From IMG/VR virus record IMGVR_UViG_3300022748_000015, positions 1 through 64,000 of that record: DNA of 64,000 nt; one strand, 5' to 3'. Below the pieces are notes generated by a model. It did not search any database, was not told where the DNA came from, and saw only the letters and a program-made list of their open reading frames with translations. Made by a program: the position numbers and the translations under genes. Below are positions 45,842-54,961 of this stretch, in pieces. Each line of letters opens with the position of its first letter. The stretch's first letter is position 1. Source of the DNA: a virus.

Positions 45842-46404
45842 TGACTCTCCTTAACTCGATGCCGTGTAGTTTTTGTGGAGAATATTTTGTTCCAGGCGGG
45901 GCACTATATTCTCACGAGAAAGCCTGCGCTAATGGTGGAGCTAAAAGAAGACGTAGAACTAAATATCGAGAAATATTTTTTGCTAATAATGGTCCTGGGC
46001 CCTATACTTGCAGTTTTTGTGAAAAGCCTGCAATATTTGATGAGGTAATAGTTCATCACCAGGATCACGACGAGACAAATAATGATTTGACAAATCTAAA
46101 AGCTTGTCATAGGATTTGCCATAATAGCCATCATTTTAAAGATCTTTGGTCGGAAAAATCTGATGAACTATTAGCCAGTAAAACTAGAGGGCATAGAGTC
46201 CCTCATAGTGAAGAAACAAAACGGCGCATGAGTGCTGAAAATAAGACAAAAGGATATAGACCTAAACCAGAAGCAATAGCTAAAGCAGCTGAAGTAAATA
46301 GAGGAACCCCTCGTTCTGCTGAAACTAGAGCAAAAATAAGTGAAGGTCATAAGAGAAGAAAAGCAGCTAAGGCTGCTCAGGAGGTGATGCCACATGACGA
46401 TTGA
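45841..46404 (+). CDS. free-standing HNH endonuclease with NUMOD3 motifs
   Basis: CSFC...VHHQDHDETNNDLTNLKACHRICHNSHH; HSEETKRRMS and RSAETRAKISE NUMOD3 repeats; visibly more AT-rich than its neighbours. Confidence 0.88.
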   Translation: MTLLNSMPCSFCGEYFVPGGALYSHEKACANGGAKRRRRTKYREIFFANNGPGPYTCSFCEKPAIFDEVIVHHQDHDETNNDLTNLKACHRICHNSHHFKDLWSEKSDELLASKTRGHRVPHSEETKRRMSAENKTKGYRPKPEAIAKAAEVNRGTPRSAETRAKISEGHKRRKAAKAAQEVMPHDD

Positions 46405-46447
46405 ATCTGTACGAATTAGTAATTCCGAGATCCAAACGTTTAAGTGA
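46394..46447 (+). CDS. 17-aa N-terminal segment of the exonuclease (MTIESVRISNSEIQTFK*)
   Basis: GAGGTGA SD 6 nt before ATG46394; sequence fits the family N-terminal S.S.I.TF motif. Confidence 0.7.
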   Translation: MTIESVRISNSEIQTFK

Positions 46448-47337
46448 AGGACTGTCGTCGTCGTTGGTGGCTGACTTACTATCGTCGCCTTAAGCCAAAG
46501 CTACAAAACTATACTGGAGCTCTTGCTCTAGGTTCTCGTATCCACGAGGCACTAGATCGCTACTACACCTCCGGTATGGAGCGTGATCTTCTTGAGATCC
46601 ACGCTGAGCTTGTCAAGGAAGATATCGATAAGCTAAACAAGGAATACCGTGATACTACAGAGCTTGAAACAGAAGCTGAGCTCGGTCGTGTAATGCTCGA
46701 GGGGTACCTTGAGTGGATTGAGCTCGAAGGTATCGATGCAGAGCTCGAGATGATCTCTACTGAAGAGATTATCGAGCGTCCAATGCTTGACGGTAAGGTT
46801 ATCCTACAAGGTAAGATCGATATGCGTGTCCGCCGTAAGATTGACGGTGTACGTATGTTCCGTGACTTCAAGACCGTTGGTGGCTCATTCGCTGAGTTTG
46901 GGTCTATTGCTCACATGAACGAGCAGGTTCTAACCTACATGACCTTGGAAGAGGCTCAGAACCAGAACGGTGAACGTTCCGAGGGCGGTATATTTACAAT
47001 GCTTCGTAAGGTTAAGCGTGGTGCTTATGCAAAGCCACCATTCTATGACCAGATCGAAGTTCGCCACAATCGTTTTGCACTACGCTCGTTCTACCAGCGC
47101 CTAGAGGGTGTCCTGGAAGACATGATGCGAGTTCGTGAGGGTCTCGATGCTGGCGAAAGCCATTATAAGCTTGCCTACCCAAAGCCTTCTCGTGAATGCA
47201 AGTGGAAGTGCCAATTCTTCGCTATTTGCCCGCTTATTGACGACGGTTCTGCCGCCGAAGCAGCAATTAGTGATGCGTTTGAGTCATCCGACCCATACGG
47301 TTATTACGGAATCGAAGAGAAGAAAGGAAGTGAGTAA
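46444..47337 (+). CDS. Cas4/RecB-like PD-(D/E)XK exonuclease with Fe-S cysteines (main segment)
   Basis: DCRRRWW, LGSRIH, GKIDM...RDFKT, C-terminal ECKWKCQFFAIC. Confidence 0.85.
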   Translation: MKDCRRRWWLTYYRRLKPKLQNYTGALALGSRIHEALDRYYTSGMERDLLEIHAELVKEDIDKLNKEYRDTTELETEAELGRVMLEGYLEWIELEGIDAELEMISTEEIIERPMLDGKVILQGKIDMRVRRKIDGVRMFRDFKTVGGSFAEFGSIAHMNEQVLTYMTLEEAQNQNGERSEGGIFTMLRKVKRGAYAKPPFYDQIEVRHNRFALRSFYQRLEGVLEDMMRVREGLDAGESHYKLAYPKPSRECKWKCQFFAICPLIDDGSAAEAAISDAFESSDPYGYYGIEEKKGSE

Positions 47338-47339
47338 GA

Positions 47340-48107
47340 ATGTCGGAAGTCGATCGCAGTCTAACAATTATGGTTTATGGCGAATCGAAGGTTGGTAAGT
47401 CAACCTTTGCCGTTACAGCACCTTACCCACGCCTAATGCTTGACGTAGAGGGTGGACACCGCTTCCTCCCTATCAATGTAAAGTATTGGGATCCAATTCG
47501 CGAAGAGCCGCCTCAGGCGGACGGTACTTGGGACACTGTTGTGGTCCAGGTTCGCGACTATGAAGTCGTTATGAAGGCCTTCCAGTGGCTTCAGAGCGGC
47601 AAGCACCAGTTCAAGTCTTTGATCATCGACTCGATCTCTGAGTTGCAGGTCAAGTGCATGGACAACATTGCAGGAACCGAACAGATGAAGATGCAGCAGT
47701 GGGGAGAGCTTCTCCGCCACATGGGTGCCCTACTTCGTGACCTTCGCGACCTTACAATGCATCCAACTCAGCCGCTAGAAGCTGTAGTCCTAACCGCAAT
47801 GGCACGTAAGGGTCAGGATGGCGTATATCGTCCCTACCTACAGGGCCAGCTTGCAATCCAGGCTCCCTACTTCTACGACATTCTTGGCGCAATCACCGTG
47901 GAGCAGGTACCAAACCCTGACCCACTACAGCCACCGTATAAGGTGCGACGCATGTATGTAGAGCGTACGCCTGACTATGAGGCTGGAGAGCGTGTCCAGG
48001 GCCGTCTAGGTAAGGTAGTTGAGCAGGGAGACCTTGGCGTCGAACGTATGCTCGATATCGTCTTCGGTGAAAAGAAGACACCAGCAACAAAGAAAACAAC
48101 TAACTAG
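47340..48107 (+). CDS. AAA-family ATPase (Sak4/AAA_24-like recombination protein)
   Basis: YGESKVGKST Walker A, LDVEGG, IIDSISE; next to exonuclease and SSB. Confidence 0.82.
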   Translation: MSEVDRSLTIMVYGESKVGKSTFAVTAPYPRLMLDVEGGHRFLPINVKYWDPIREEPPQADGTWDTVVVQVRDYEVVMKAFQWLQSGKHQFKSLIIDSISELQVKCMDNIAGTEQMKMQQWGELLRHMGALLRDLRDLTMHPTQPLEAVVLTAMARKGQDGVYRPYLQGQLAIQAPYFYDILGAITVEQVPNPDPLQPPYKVRRMYVERTPDYEAGERVQGRLGKVVEQGDLGVERMLDIVFGEKKTPATKKTTN

Positions 48108-48125
48108 TAAAAGGAAAATGATACT

Positions 48126-48701
48126 ATGTCTCTAAATTGGAGCGATCTCATCAAGGAAGCCGGAGAGGCTACCAACAGCTTCGAGCCACTGCCAGACGGT
48201 GACTACGAGTTCAAGGTGGTAGAGGCTAAGGCCACCACCTCACAGTCGGGTAAGGTAATGTTCAAGACTACCAACGAGGTAATTAGCGGTCCATACGCTA
48301 AGCGTCGCGTCTGGGACAACCTTGTTATCTCGCCAGAGAACAGCAAGGCTCTTGGAATGTTCTTCATGAAGATGGGTGCCCTTGGTCTTAACAAGGACTT
48401 CTTCAACGCAAACCCAACCAACGCTCAGATCGAGCAGGCTCTATTTGGTCGTGGTTTCCGTGGAACTCTTGCTACCCGTACCTACAATGGCAACCAGAGC
48501 AACGAGATCAGCAAGTACTTTGCTGCTCCTGCCGTAGCTCAGGCTGCTTTCTCAGCTCCAGCTGCTCCAGCACCTGCTGCAGCACCTGCACCGGCTCCAG
48601 CAGCCCCTGTAGCTGCAGCACCAGCTCCGGCTGCTGCTCCTGCTCCAGCACCGGCCCCTGCCCCTGCTGCCCCTGTAACCTCGGACGACACTCCGTTCTA
48701 A
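48126..48701 (+). CDS. DUF669-like single-stranded DNA-binding protein
   Basis: FEPLPDGDYEFKV...SGKVMF...RRVWDN; AP-rich tail ending DDTPF. Confidence 0.82.
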   Translation: MSLNWSDLIKEAGEATNSFEPLPDGDYEFKVVEAKATTSQSGKVMFKTTNEVISGPYAKRRVWDNLVISPENSKALGMFFMKMGALGLNKDFFNANPTNAQIEQALFGRGFRGTLATRTYNGNQSNEISKYFAAPAVAQAAFSAPAAPAPAAAPAPAPAAPVAAAPAPAAAPAPAPAPAPAAPVTSDDTPF

Positions 48702-48714
48702 ATTACAAAATAGA

Positions 48715-48746
48715 GGAGGCGGGGCACATCGTGTCCCGCCTTCTTT
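48715..48746 (+). terminator. intrinsic terminator
   Basis: GGAGGCGGGGCAC / GTGTCCCGCCTTC plus Ts. Confidence 0.75.
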
Positions 48747-48758
48747 ATAGGAGATTTA

Positions 48759-49760
48759 ATGCGAATCCTTTTTACTGGCATGGCTTCATCCCATGTTAAA
48801 GAATCTTCAAATACTACGTTCTTTGGAACCATGTTCCAGGTTGCAAAGCAATTCTCTGACTCTGTAGATATACTTCCACCTAGTGTTGAGTGGACATCAG
48901 AGATACTAGATAAGTACGATGCTGTCTTTGTTGGTGTAATACCTCCAACAAGCCCTAGTGCTAATAAACTCTATGGTGCTCTTAATGTTATATCTCTACT
49001 TGCTGATTCAAAGAAGCTGTTCTTTGTAGTTGACCACCCGCAGGTGTGGCAATTTAAGTCGAGCATTTCATCTGTATCGAAGAATATTGATTCGATTTTT
49101 ACACCGTTCTATAGAACTAAGTCTGAGTATAGATCAGCTGTGCTTAAAAAAGATAAATTTGAAGGTGCTATAAAGTTATTGTCATCCACTAATTGGCCTA
49201 CCACTATCTACCCGGAACTCCCCTGGAGAAATTCGGAACTTTTACATGAGTTTTTACCGTGGGTCTCTCCGGAAAACCTAGTTGGAGTCAATCTAGATGC
49301 TCACCTGCTCTCGGAGGAGCCAACTATAGAGCTATCAAGAACAAGTTCCTGGTCTGTGGAATATCCAAATACATCCTGGGTACAAAAGATTAGTAAGCTA
49401 ACTACCTACCCTCTAGAAAAGGCTAAGGCATCTATAAGAACTACAGATGAGGATGTTATGTCTTGTATCTCGTCTAGTGCTGGCCTAGTTCTTCCCGCTC
49501 AGGATAGAGGTGTTGGGACTTGGTGGTCTTACCGGATACTTCAAGCTTTGGACTCAGCCACTCCAGTAATTACAGAGTGGAAAGAGTCTAGAACAATTTC
49601 CGACTCTTGGGCAGTACTAATTGGGGAAGTAGAAGATATGGATTTGGCTGATAGAATTGCGTTAGCTATGTCTCAACGAAGAAGTTATATGGATTCAATT
49701 CCCTCGAAGCAAGAATCCACCAACCTACTAGAGGCTCTAGTAAAGACAAATAAGGAATAA
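48759..49760 (+). CDS. hypothetical protein, possible GT-B glycosyltransferase fold
   Basis: MRILFTG Rossmann-like start, YDAVFVG, RILQAL...PV C-terminal pattern; function tentative. Confidence 0.55.
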   Translation: MRILFTGMASSHVKESSNTTFFGTMFQVAKQFSDSVDILPPSVEWTSEILDKYDAVFVGVIPPTSPSANKLYGALNVISLLADSKKLFFVVDHPQVWQFKSSISSVSKNIDSIFTPFYRTKSEYRSAVLKKDKFEGAIKLLSSTNWPTTIYPELPWRNSELLHEFLPWVSPENLVGVNLDAHLLSEEPTIELSRTSSWSVEYPNTSWVQKISKLTTYPLEKAKASIRTTDEDVMSCISSSAGLVLPAQDRGVGTWWSYRILQALDSATPVITEWKESRTISDSWAVLIGEVEDMDLADRIALAMSQRRSYMDSIPSKQESTNLLEALVKTNKE

Positions 49761-49762
49761 AG

Positions 49763-50191
49763 ATGCCAGATGTAAACTACGAATGGATTAGACAGCAGCT
49801 TCAAGATGCTAAAGCTAAGGTTGGATCCGGAAATGCTGTCTTGGAATTATTGGCTGTGTGGGAAAAGCAAACTAAACTCAGCCCTAATTTAGCTAAAGAG
49901 GCAGTTGAACTATTCTCTAAGCTTGCCCTAGGTCATGCTATTAACGCAGTTGAAGAAAAAACTGATGAAGTTTGGATTCCTCTGCAGCCGGGCCAGATTC
50001 GAGTTGGCGATGAGGTACGTGTATTTAATGATGCTTTCTCTGATGAAGCAGGGACTGTTCACAATGGTAGACGTGGTAAGGTAGTTGCTGTGCGTTATGG
50101 TGACGTAATCTTCACATCTACCGATGCTAAGGAACCTAAGTTAAATGGTGTTCACTATTCACCATACAAACTAGAGAAGCGAGTAAAATAA
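49763..50191 (+). CDS. hypothetical protein with a KOW/SH3-like C-terminus
   Basis: IRVGDEVRV...GRRGKVVAVRYG. Confidence 0.7.
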   Translation: MPDVNYEWIRQQLQDAKAKVGSGNAVLELLAVWEKQTKLSPNLAKEAVELFSKLALGHAINAVEEKTDEVWIPLQPGQIRVGDEVRVFNDAFSDEAGTVHNGRRGKVVAVRYGDVIFTSTDAKEPKLNGVHYSPYKLEKRVK

Positions 50192-50424
50192 TGCGTGTTG
50201 CTTTTGAACTAAAGTTTAGTGCCGATACCTTGGAGTCAGCTAAAGCTACAGCTTATGAAGAGGTCGCTAAGTTTCTAAATATCACGGAGTCTGCTGTTGC
50301 AGATTCTGTTGATTTAGAGCTCAAGGTTGGGATTCCTGACCCTGAGAAAAACCTGTATTCTGGCCATTTTGTTATTACAGCCTATGGTTCGCTAAAAAAG
50401 ACACTTTTACATCCAGGTTTATAG
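50191..50424 (+). CDS. hypothetical protein
   Basis: TAATG coupling to the upstream gene. Confidence 0.7.
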   Translation: MRVAFELKFSADTLESAKATAYEEVAKFLNITESAVADSVDLELKVGIPDPEKNLYSGHFVITAYGSLKKTLLHPGL

Positions 50425-50433
50425 CAAAAAATT

Positions 50434-50507
50434 AAATAATGGCATATTCATTTATATGGATATGCCGTTATTTTTTATTTGACTTTTTCATCTTTATAGC
50501 CTAAAAT
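50434..50507 (+). promoter_or_regulatory. AT-rich hairpin (terminator-like) followed by promoter TTGACT-17-TAAAAT
   Basis: Arms 50434-50450/50457-50473; hexamers at 50479 and 50502. Confidence 0.6.
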
Positions 50508-50530
50508 CCAATAGTTAGTGATATAGACTA

Positions 50531-50881
50531 TTGCATATGAAAGATTCTCGCATAGGTGAGTCCCTGTGGTTCTCATGGGAAGGTGATGGGTACCACCCTT
50601 CATCCGATGAGGCTATGGTCTACTACACTGAAGGTCACGTTGATCTTGATAATGATATTGTTAAAAAAGCTTTGGCCTCTTCTCTGCAAAGAGATGGTTT
50701 AGTTCATTCACTTAATCTTGGATTTTCTGCAGTAGAAGCTGCAGATTTTTCATATCTATATATTGGTATATTGGATAGTGAAATGTTCCCATCTATATGT
50801 AAAGAATCAGGCGAAACTGAATATGGGGATCTACTAGATTCAGTAGTTGAAGCAACTCTAGTAGAGGTTATTACTGAATGA
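50531..50881 (+). CDS. hypothetical acidic protein
   Basis: Clean ORF; start may be ATG50537. Confidence 0.7.
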   Translation: MHMKDSRIGESLWFSWEGDGYHPSSDEAMVYYTEGHVDLDNDIVKKALASSLQRDGLVHSLNLGFSAVEAADFSYLYIGILDSEMFPSICKESGETEYGDLLDSVVEATLVEVITE

Positions 50882-51336
50882 TTTTTGATTCACCAGAGTG
50901 GCATGAAGACGCCGAATGTGCAAAAACTTCTAATGAAGAATATAAAGATAACTTTTTTTCAAATAAGTCTTCTCAGCAAAATCCAGCTCTAAGACTGTGC
51001 CAACAATGTCCTGTTAGGCAAGAATGCCTAAAGTGGGGTCTAGAGACTAAGCAAACCTGGGGCATTTGGGGCGGTCTAAACTACAAAAAAATTAGACGCA
51101 CTCTCTCCATAAACTGGGAGGGGCAGGAGATGCGCCATAAAAGATTTCCTCTTTGCCCTAACTGCAATGCTAAAACCTCTAGCTTAGCTACAAAAACTGT
51201 AGATAGACCTACCGCTGGTCGTTGGTCAACAATGAAGGTAGTCGAGTGTGTTGATTGCAAATTTAGTTGGCAAAGCAGAACTAGTGCAAATGCTGTAGAA
51301 GCATACCATTCGCAGCAAACTAGGAAGAAGCGCTAA
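50878..51336 (+). CDS. whiB: WhiB-family Fe-S transcription factor with a C-terminal zinc ribbon
   Basis: W...AEC...C..CPVRQECL...WGIWGG; extra CPNC...CVDC. Confidence 0.88.
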   Translation: MIFDSPEWHEDAECAKTSNEEYKDNFFSNKSSQQNPALRLCQQCPVRQECLKWGLETKQTWGIWGGLNYKKIRRTLSINWEGQEMRHKRFPLCPNCNAKTSSLATKTVDRPTAGRWSTMKVVECVDCKFSWQSRTSANAVEAYHSQQTRKKR

Positions 51337-52411
51337 TAGTATAGAACTTTAGATTATTTACTAGTCTATCGTTAGTTGGTTCTAGATCTACTGCAACCCT
51401 ACCGTAGCTAGCTGCATATCGATATTCACCTAAATTATATGCTGATATTGCAGCTAAATCATATGGCAGTGATCCCCAGGCGAAATCCTCGCAGAGGTAG
51501 TCAAGTGGTTTTTCTTTTGTTTCTAGTGCCTTAATTGCAGCAAAATAGCATAGTTGCCAGTCCTGCTGATTGTAGGCATGCTGAGCTAACTCAACCAGAG
51601 CTTCTCTACGTCCAGGTGCTTCTGCAGTAGCTTTTTCTAGCCAGTCTCTAGTATGTTCTTTATCTATTTTTGCTAAAAATCTCATTGAAGCAGCTCGTTC
51701 TGCTGGCCAAGTTGCACTAGGAATACTTAGATGACGAATGAACTCAGCTTTAGCTTCTTCATATTGTCCATAAAAATAAAGCTCACGGGCATAGTAGAAG
51801 GCACTGCGATCATCATTAGGTGACTCGGTAACTGCTAATTTAAGTAGCGGTAGGTATTGAGAGCGGCTCTTAGTTGGATCAGCTCGATGATGTAGAACAA
51901 CCTTCGGAACGGTCACTCTATTTTCTGGACCATCGCCCTCCCAATAGAGAGTCTCGTGACAAGGTTGACGCCAGCGATATCCAAAACGTGAGTGTACTTT
52001 ATCTGCATAGAACTGGATTCCAGGTGTCACCCCATCTTCTTTCCAGTTCCAGATATAGTCATAAGCAATACGTTGAATGTTACCATTATGCTCATCCCAG
52101 GCTTCCTGAATAGCCTCTACCCAACCGGGCTGAAGGTACTCATCTAGGTCGATACTGAGACAAACATCAATATCAGCTGGGATAAGACTAAGAGCAGTAT
52201 TGCGAGGCACATCAAAACGCCAAGGTCTTTGAGTAATTGAATATACCACCGCACCACGTTCACGCAGCCTTTCTACGGTTCCATCAGTTGAGCCAGTATC
52301 GCAGACTAAAACTAGATCTGCTCCTTCATTGGCATCCATAAACTTATCTACATGCTTAATCTCATTGAGGGAGATAGCGTAAACGCAAGTTTTTACTTTA
52401 TTCTTTTTCAT
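51320..52411 (-). CDS. GT2 glycosyltransferase with TPR repeats
   Basis: YAISLNE...DTGSTDGT...PWRFD..RN.AL...SIDLDE; TPR helices (YYARELY). Confidence 0.88.
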   Translation of the reverse strand: MKKNKVKTCVYAISLNEIKHVDKFMDANEGADLVLVCDTGSTDGTVERLRERGAVVYSITQRPWRFDVPRNTALSLIPADIDVCLSIDLDEYLQPGWVEAIQEAWDEHNGNIQRIAYDYIWNWKEDGVTPGIQFYADKVHSRFGYRWRQPCHETLYWEGDGPENRVTVPKVVLHHRADPTKSRSQYLPLLKLAVTESPNDDRSAFYYARELYFYGQYEEAKAEFIRHLSIPSATWPAERAASMRFLAKIDKEHTRDWLEKATAEAPGRREALVELAQHAYNQQDWQLCYFAAIKALETKEKPLDYLCEDFAWGSLPYDLAAISAYNLGEYRYAASYGRVAVDLEPTNDRLVNNLKFYTISASS

Positions 52412-53438
52412 ACCAGTCCATATTTGCTAGTAGTCGTTTATTTGTTGGATCAAACTCTAGTGCTTGTTTTCCATACTTTATAGCTTCAGATTTATTTCCT
52501 AAATAGTAACAAGATAGGGCTGCTATATCGTAAGGACCTGATCCCCAGGCTTCTTCACTATATGTAAAACCGTCTCTTCTATCTTCTACTGATATGCAGT
52601 AATCTGCTGAAAATAGGGCTTCAGCATGTTCACCTATTGCAGAGAAAAACTTAGCAGCTTCATAGAGAGTTTCTCGTTCCATACCATCATCTATGGCTGC
52701 TTTAAACCATTTACGAGCCATATCAATATCACCTATAGCAAAGTAATTACTTGCAATATTTCTAGCTATATATGATTTAACTACTCCACCATCTTTGCAA
52801 GCAAAGTAGCTCTCATATCTCCAATGAATTGCTGATTGCATATCGCCAATAGTTTGGTAATCATTGGCTAAGAAGTAGCGAGTCCTCCAGTCCGAATCGC
52901 CTTCTAAAATCTTCTTGTGAAGAAGATTTAAGTAGCTGCGTCTACTTTTCTGCGTATCCTGCCATTCATCTAAAAAGATAGAATCAGACCAAATTGCTTT
53001 TTCAGGTATAGCCCAGGATAAGGTCTCATGTACCGGGCCTACCCATTTACATCCGTGACGTGCATGTATTTTAGAGTGCCACTGCCACTGACCACCGTTA
53101 TGGCGATATTTGTGGTTAAGTGTGGTTGCGTCATTTTTCCAGGCCACCTCTAGCATTTCTCGCCACCCAGGGAGCAATACTTCATCTATGTCTAGAGAAA
53201 TTGCTACATCTATATCCTTAGGTAAAAGATTTAGAGCAGCATTTTTTGCATCATCAAATCGCCATGGAGATACTTTTATTTTGTAGGTAGTTATTCCCAA
53301 TTCTTCAGCATATTCTGCAGTTCCATCAGAAGATCCAGTGTCCGCTAAAAGAATGTAGTCAGCCTCGGCGGCTGACTCAAACCATCGGTCTAAGAACTGC
53401 TTCTCATTTAGGGCTATTGAATATACCGCTACACGCAT
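52398..53438 (-). CDS. GT2 glycosyltransferase with TPR repeats (paralog)
   Basis: YSIALNE...DTGSSDGT...PWRFDDAKN...SLDIDE; helical C-terminus. Confidence 0.88.
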   Translation of the reverse strand: MRVAVYSIALNEKQFLDRWFESAAEADYILLADTGSSDGTAEYAEELGITTYKIKVSPWRFDDAKNAALNLLPKDIDVAISLDIDEVLLPGWREMLEVAWKNDATTLNHKYRHNGGQWQWHSKIHARHGCKWVGPVHETLSWAIPEKAIWSDSIFLDEWQDTQKSRRSYLNLLHKKILEGDSDWRTRYFLANDYQTIGDMQSAIHWRYESYFACKDGGVVKSYIARNIASNYFAIGDIDMARKWFKAAIDDGMERETLYEAAKFFSAIGEHAEALFSADYCISVEDRRDGFTYSEEAWGSGPYDIAALSCYYLGNKSEAIKYGKQALEFDPTNKRLLANMDWYEKE

Positions 53439-53440
53439 GA

Positions 53441-54640
53441 TTACTTAGTTGGAAGTACGCTAATGAATTCTCGTGGATCGAAGTCTCCACCAAATACCAT
53501 AGTAAGTAGTCCTGGATTTGATTCATGCCCAGCACGATCACGGAACCACTCAGATCCTGGGTCTGTAGTTGGACACTGAAGCCATAGGCGGTCGCTTACG
53601 TCCATGGTACGGAAGTTATGGTAATGGCCAGATACCCAGATGTCGGCGAGCCCAAGAGCGGTCTGCCCGAGGGATTGACCGGATAGATATTTTTCAATAC
53701 CATTTTGGCTGCTCTGGTGTCCGTGGAAAATTCCAAGGTGGACTCCGCAAATCTCGGTCACTAGTGTCTGGTGCCCCGAGGAAGGGAAACGGAACTGGAT
53801 ATGCTGTAGGGCAGGGTTCTCGGCACAGGCATCTTGAACAGCAGAGGCAATCTCTACGTTCCAACCATCAGCCGGATCTGCAGCTACTTGGCGAGTAACC
53901 TCGTCGTGGTTTCCATTAATCACTGGAACAATCATATGCTCGGCTAGAGGAGCCAGAGCCTTAATCTGAGCCATAAGAAGACGACGTGCAACACGCACCT
54001 GTTCGGTCAAGCCTAGGTCAGATGCAGCAAGACCCTGTAGACGTCCATTCTGAGATACGTTACCTTCAACGTGATCTCCAGGAAGTCCCAGGGTTATGGT
54101 TCCAAGATCTAGGCCCATCTTTTGATAGCCCTTGAATCTATTCACTGCTTTTTCAGTTAAATCTAGAACACGATCAATAGATTGCTGAGACCCGCCGTTG
54201 CTAGTCTTTTTTCCAATCTGCTGATCGCTAGGGAATGCTGCAAATGATCCCTTGCCGGTAGCTTGCTTAATCCCTGCTGCTGGACGCCACTTCTTAATCT
54301 CATCAATGAGCTTCTCGGCATCTAGGTTATCCTCGTAAATAGTCCCCGCTGGCAGTAGGTTGACTCGTACGGACTCTAGGAATTCTCCATCATACTTCTG
54401 CCACTTTCCTCGTCTCATGGACGCTACGGTCCATTCACGGGGATCCAGACCAAAGTCCTCTAGTACTGCAGTAGCATCTTGGACTTCTGATGTAGGGGCT
54501 GGCTTAGATATGACAAAACCGCCCTTGGCGGTATCGATATCCATGCGAGGACGCCAATCTTCAGGAATATTCATCGCTTTAATGTCTGAACCCTGCGGAC
54601 CAGCTGAAGCTAATTTTTCTAATTTTTCTGAGAAACCCAT
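53441..54640 (-). CDS. calcineurin-like metallophosphoesterase
   Basis: SDQQIG, GDHVEG, GNHDE, HGH and GHYH motifs; ATG54640 follows the upstream stop. Confidence 0.85.
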   Translation of the reverse strand: MGFSEKLEKLASAGPQGSDIKAMNIPEDWRPRMDIDTAKGGFVISKPAPTSEVQDATAVLEDFGLDPREWTVASMRRGKWQKYDGEFLESVRVNLLPAGTIYEDNLDAEKLIDEIKKWRPAAGIKQATGKGSFAAFPSDQQIGKKTSNGGSQQSIDRVLDLTEKAVNRFKGYQKMGLDLGTITLGLPGDHVEGNVSQNGRLQGLAASDLGLTEQVRVARRLLMAQIKALAPLAEHMIVPVINGNHDEVTRQVAADPADGWNVEIASAVQDACAENPALQHIQFRFPSSGHQTLVTEICGVHLGIFHGHQSSQNGIEKYLSGQSLGQTALGLADIWVSGHYHNFRTMDVSDRLWLQCPTTDPGSEWFRDRAGHESNPGLLTMVFGGDFDPREFISVLPTK

Positions 54641-54642
54641 GT

Positions 54643-54906
54643 TTAGTTGGCTCTCTTTCCGCAACCGCAGTCGCCTCGACGGTGTCGGTCTATGGTGCTA
54701 TTACTAATATCAAACCCCTCGCCTCGTAAGATGCGTCCTAGTTCAGCACTTGCTACATGGGTAGGATCTTCTTTACTAGTTTTTACAATTGCTAGTAGAT
54801 TTGCTTGATCCTGCTTTGAAAGTTTTGGATCAATAAATAGCTTTGCCAATACACACAGTTGATTTGATTGCGTGGATGCAGCTTGAAGCTTGTCTGACAG
54901 CGACAT
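54643..54906 (-). CDS. small HTH-like protein with HRRGDCGC motif
   Basis: Coupled to the phosphoesterase gene. Confidence 0.7.
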   Translation of the reverse strand: MSLSDKLQAASTQSNQLCVLAKLFIDPKLSKQDQANLLAIVKTSKEDPTHVASAELGRILRGEGFDISNSTIDRHRRGDCGCGKRAN

Positions 54907-54961
54907 AGTTCTCCCTCGTACGTCTATAGTGTCATTAAGTAGTATAGTACTAAATTTTCAG

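Noticed and set aside
45841-46450. Group I intron carrying the HNH gene
   Set aside because: The HNH ORF overlaps both neighbours, leaving no space for an intron core, and the helicase appears to end intact.
8149-47720. Numerous antisense and alternate-frame ORFs inside trxB, terL, portal, capsid, TMP, polA, helicase etc.
   Set aside because: Fully nested in strongly supported genes, lack RBS and motifs, and are expected shadows of biased codon usage.
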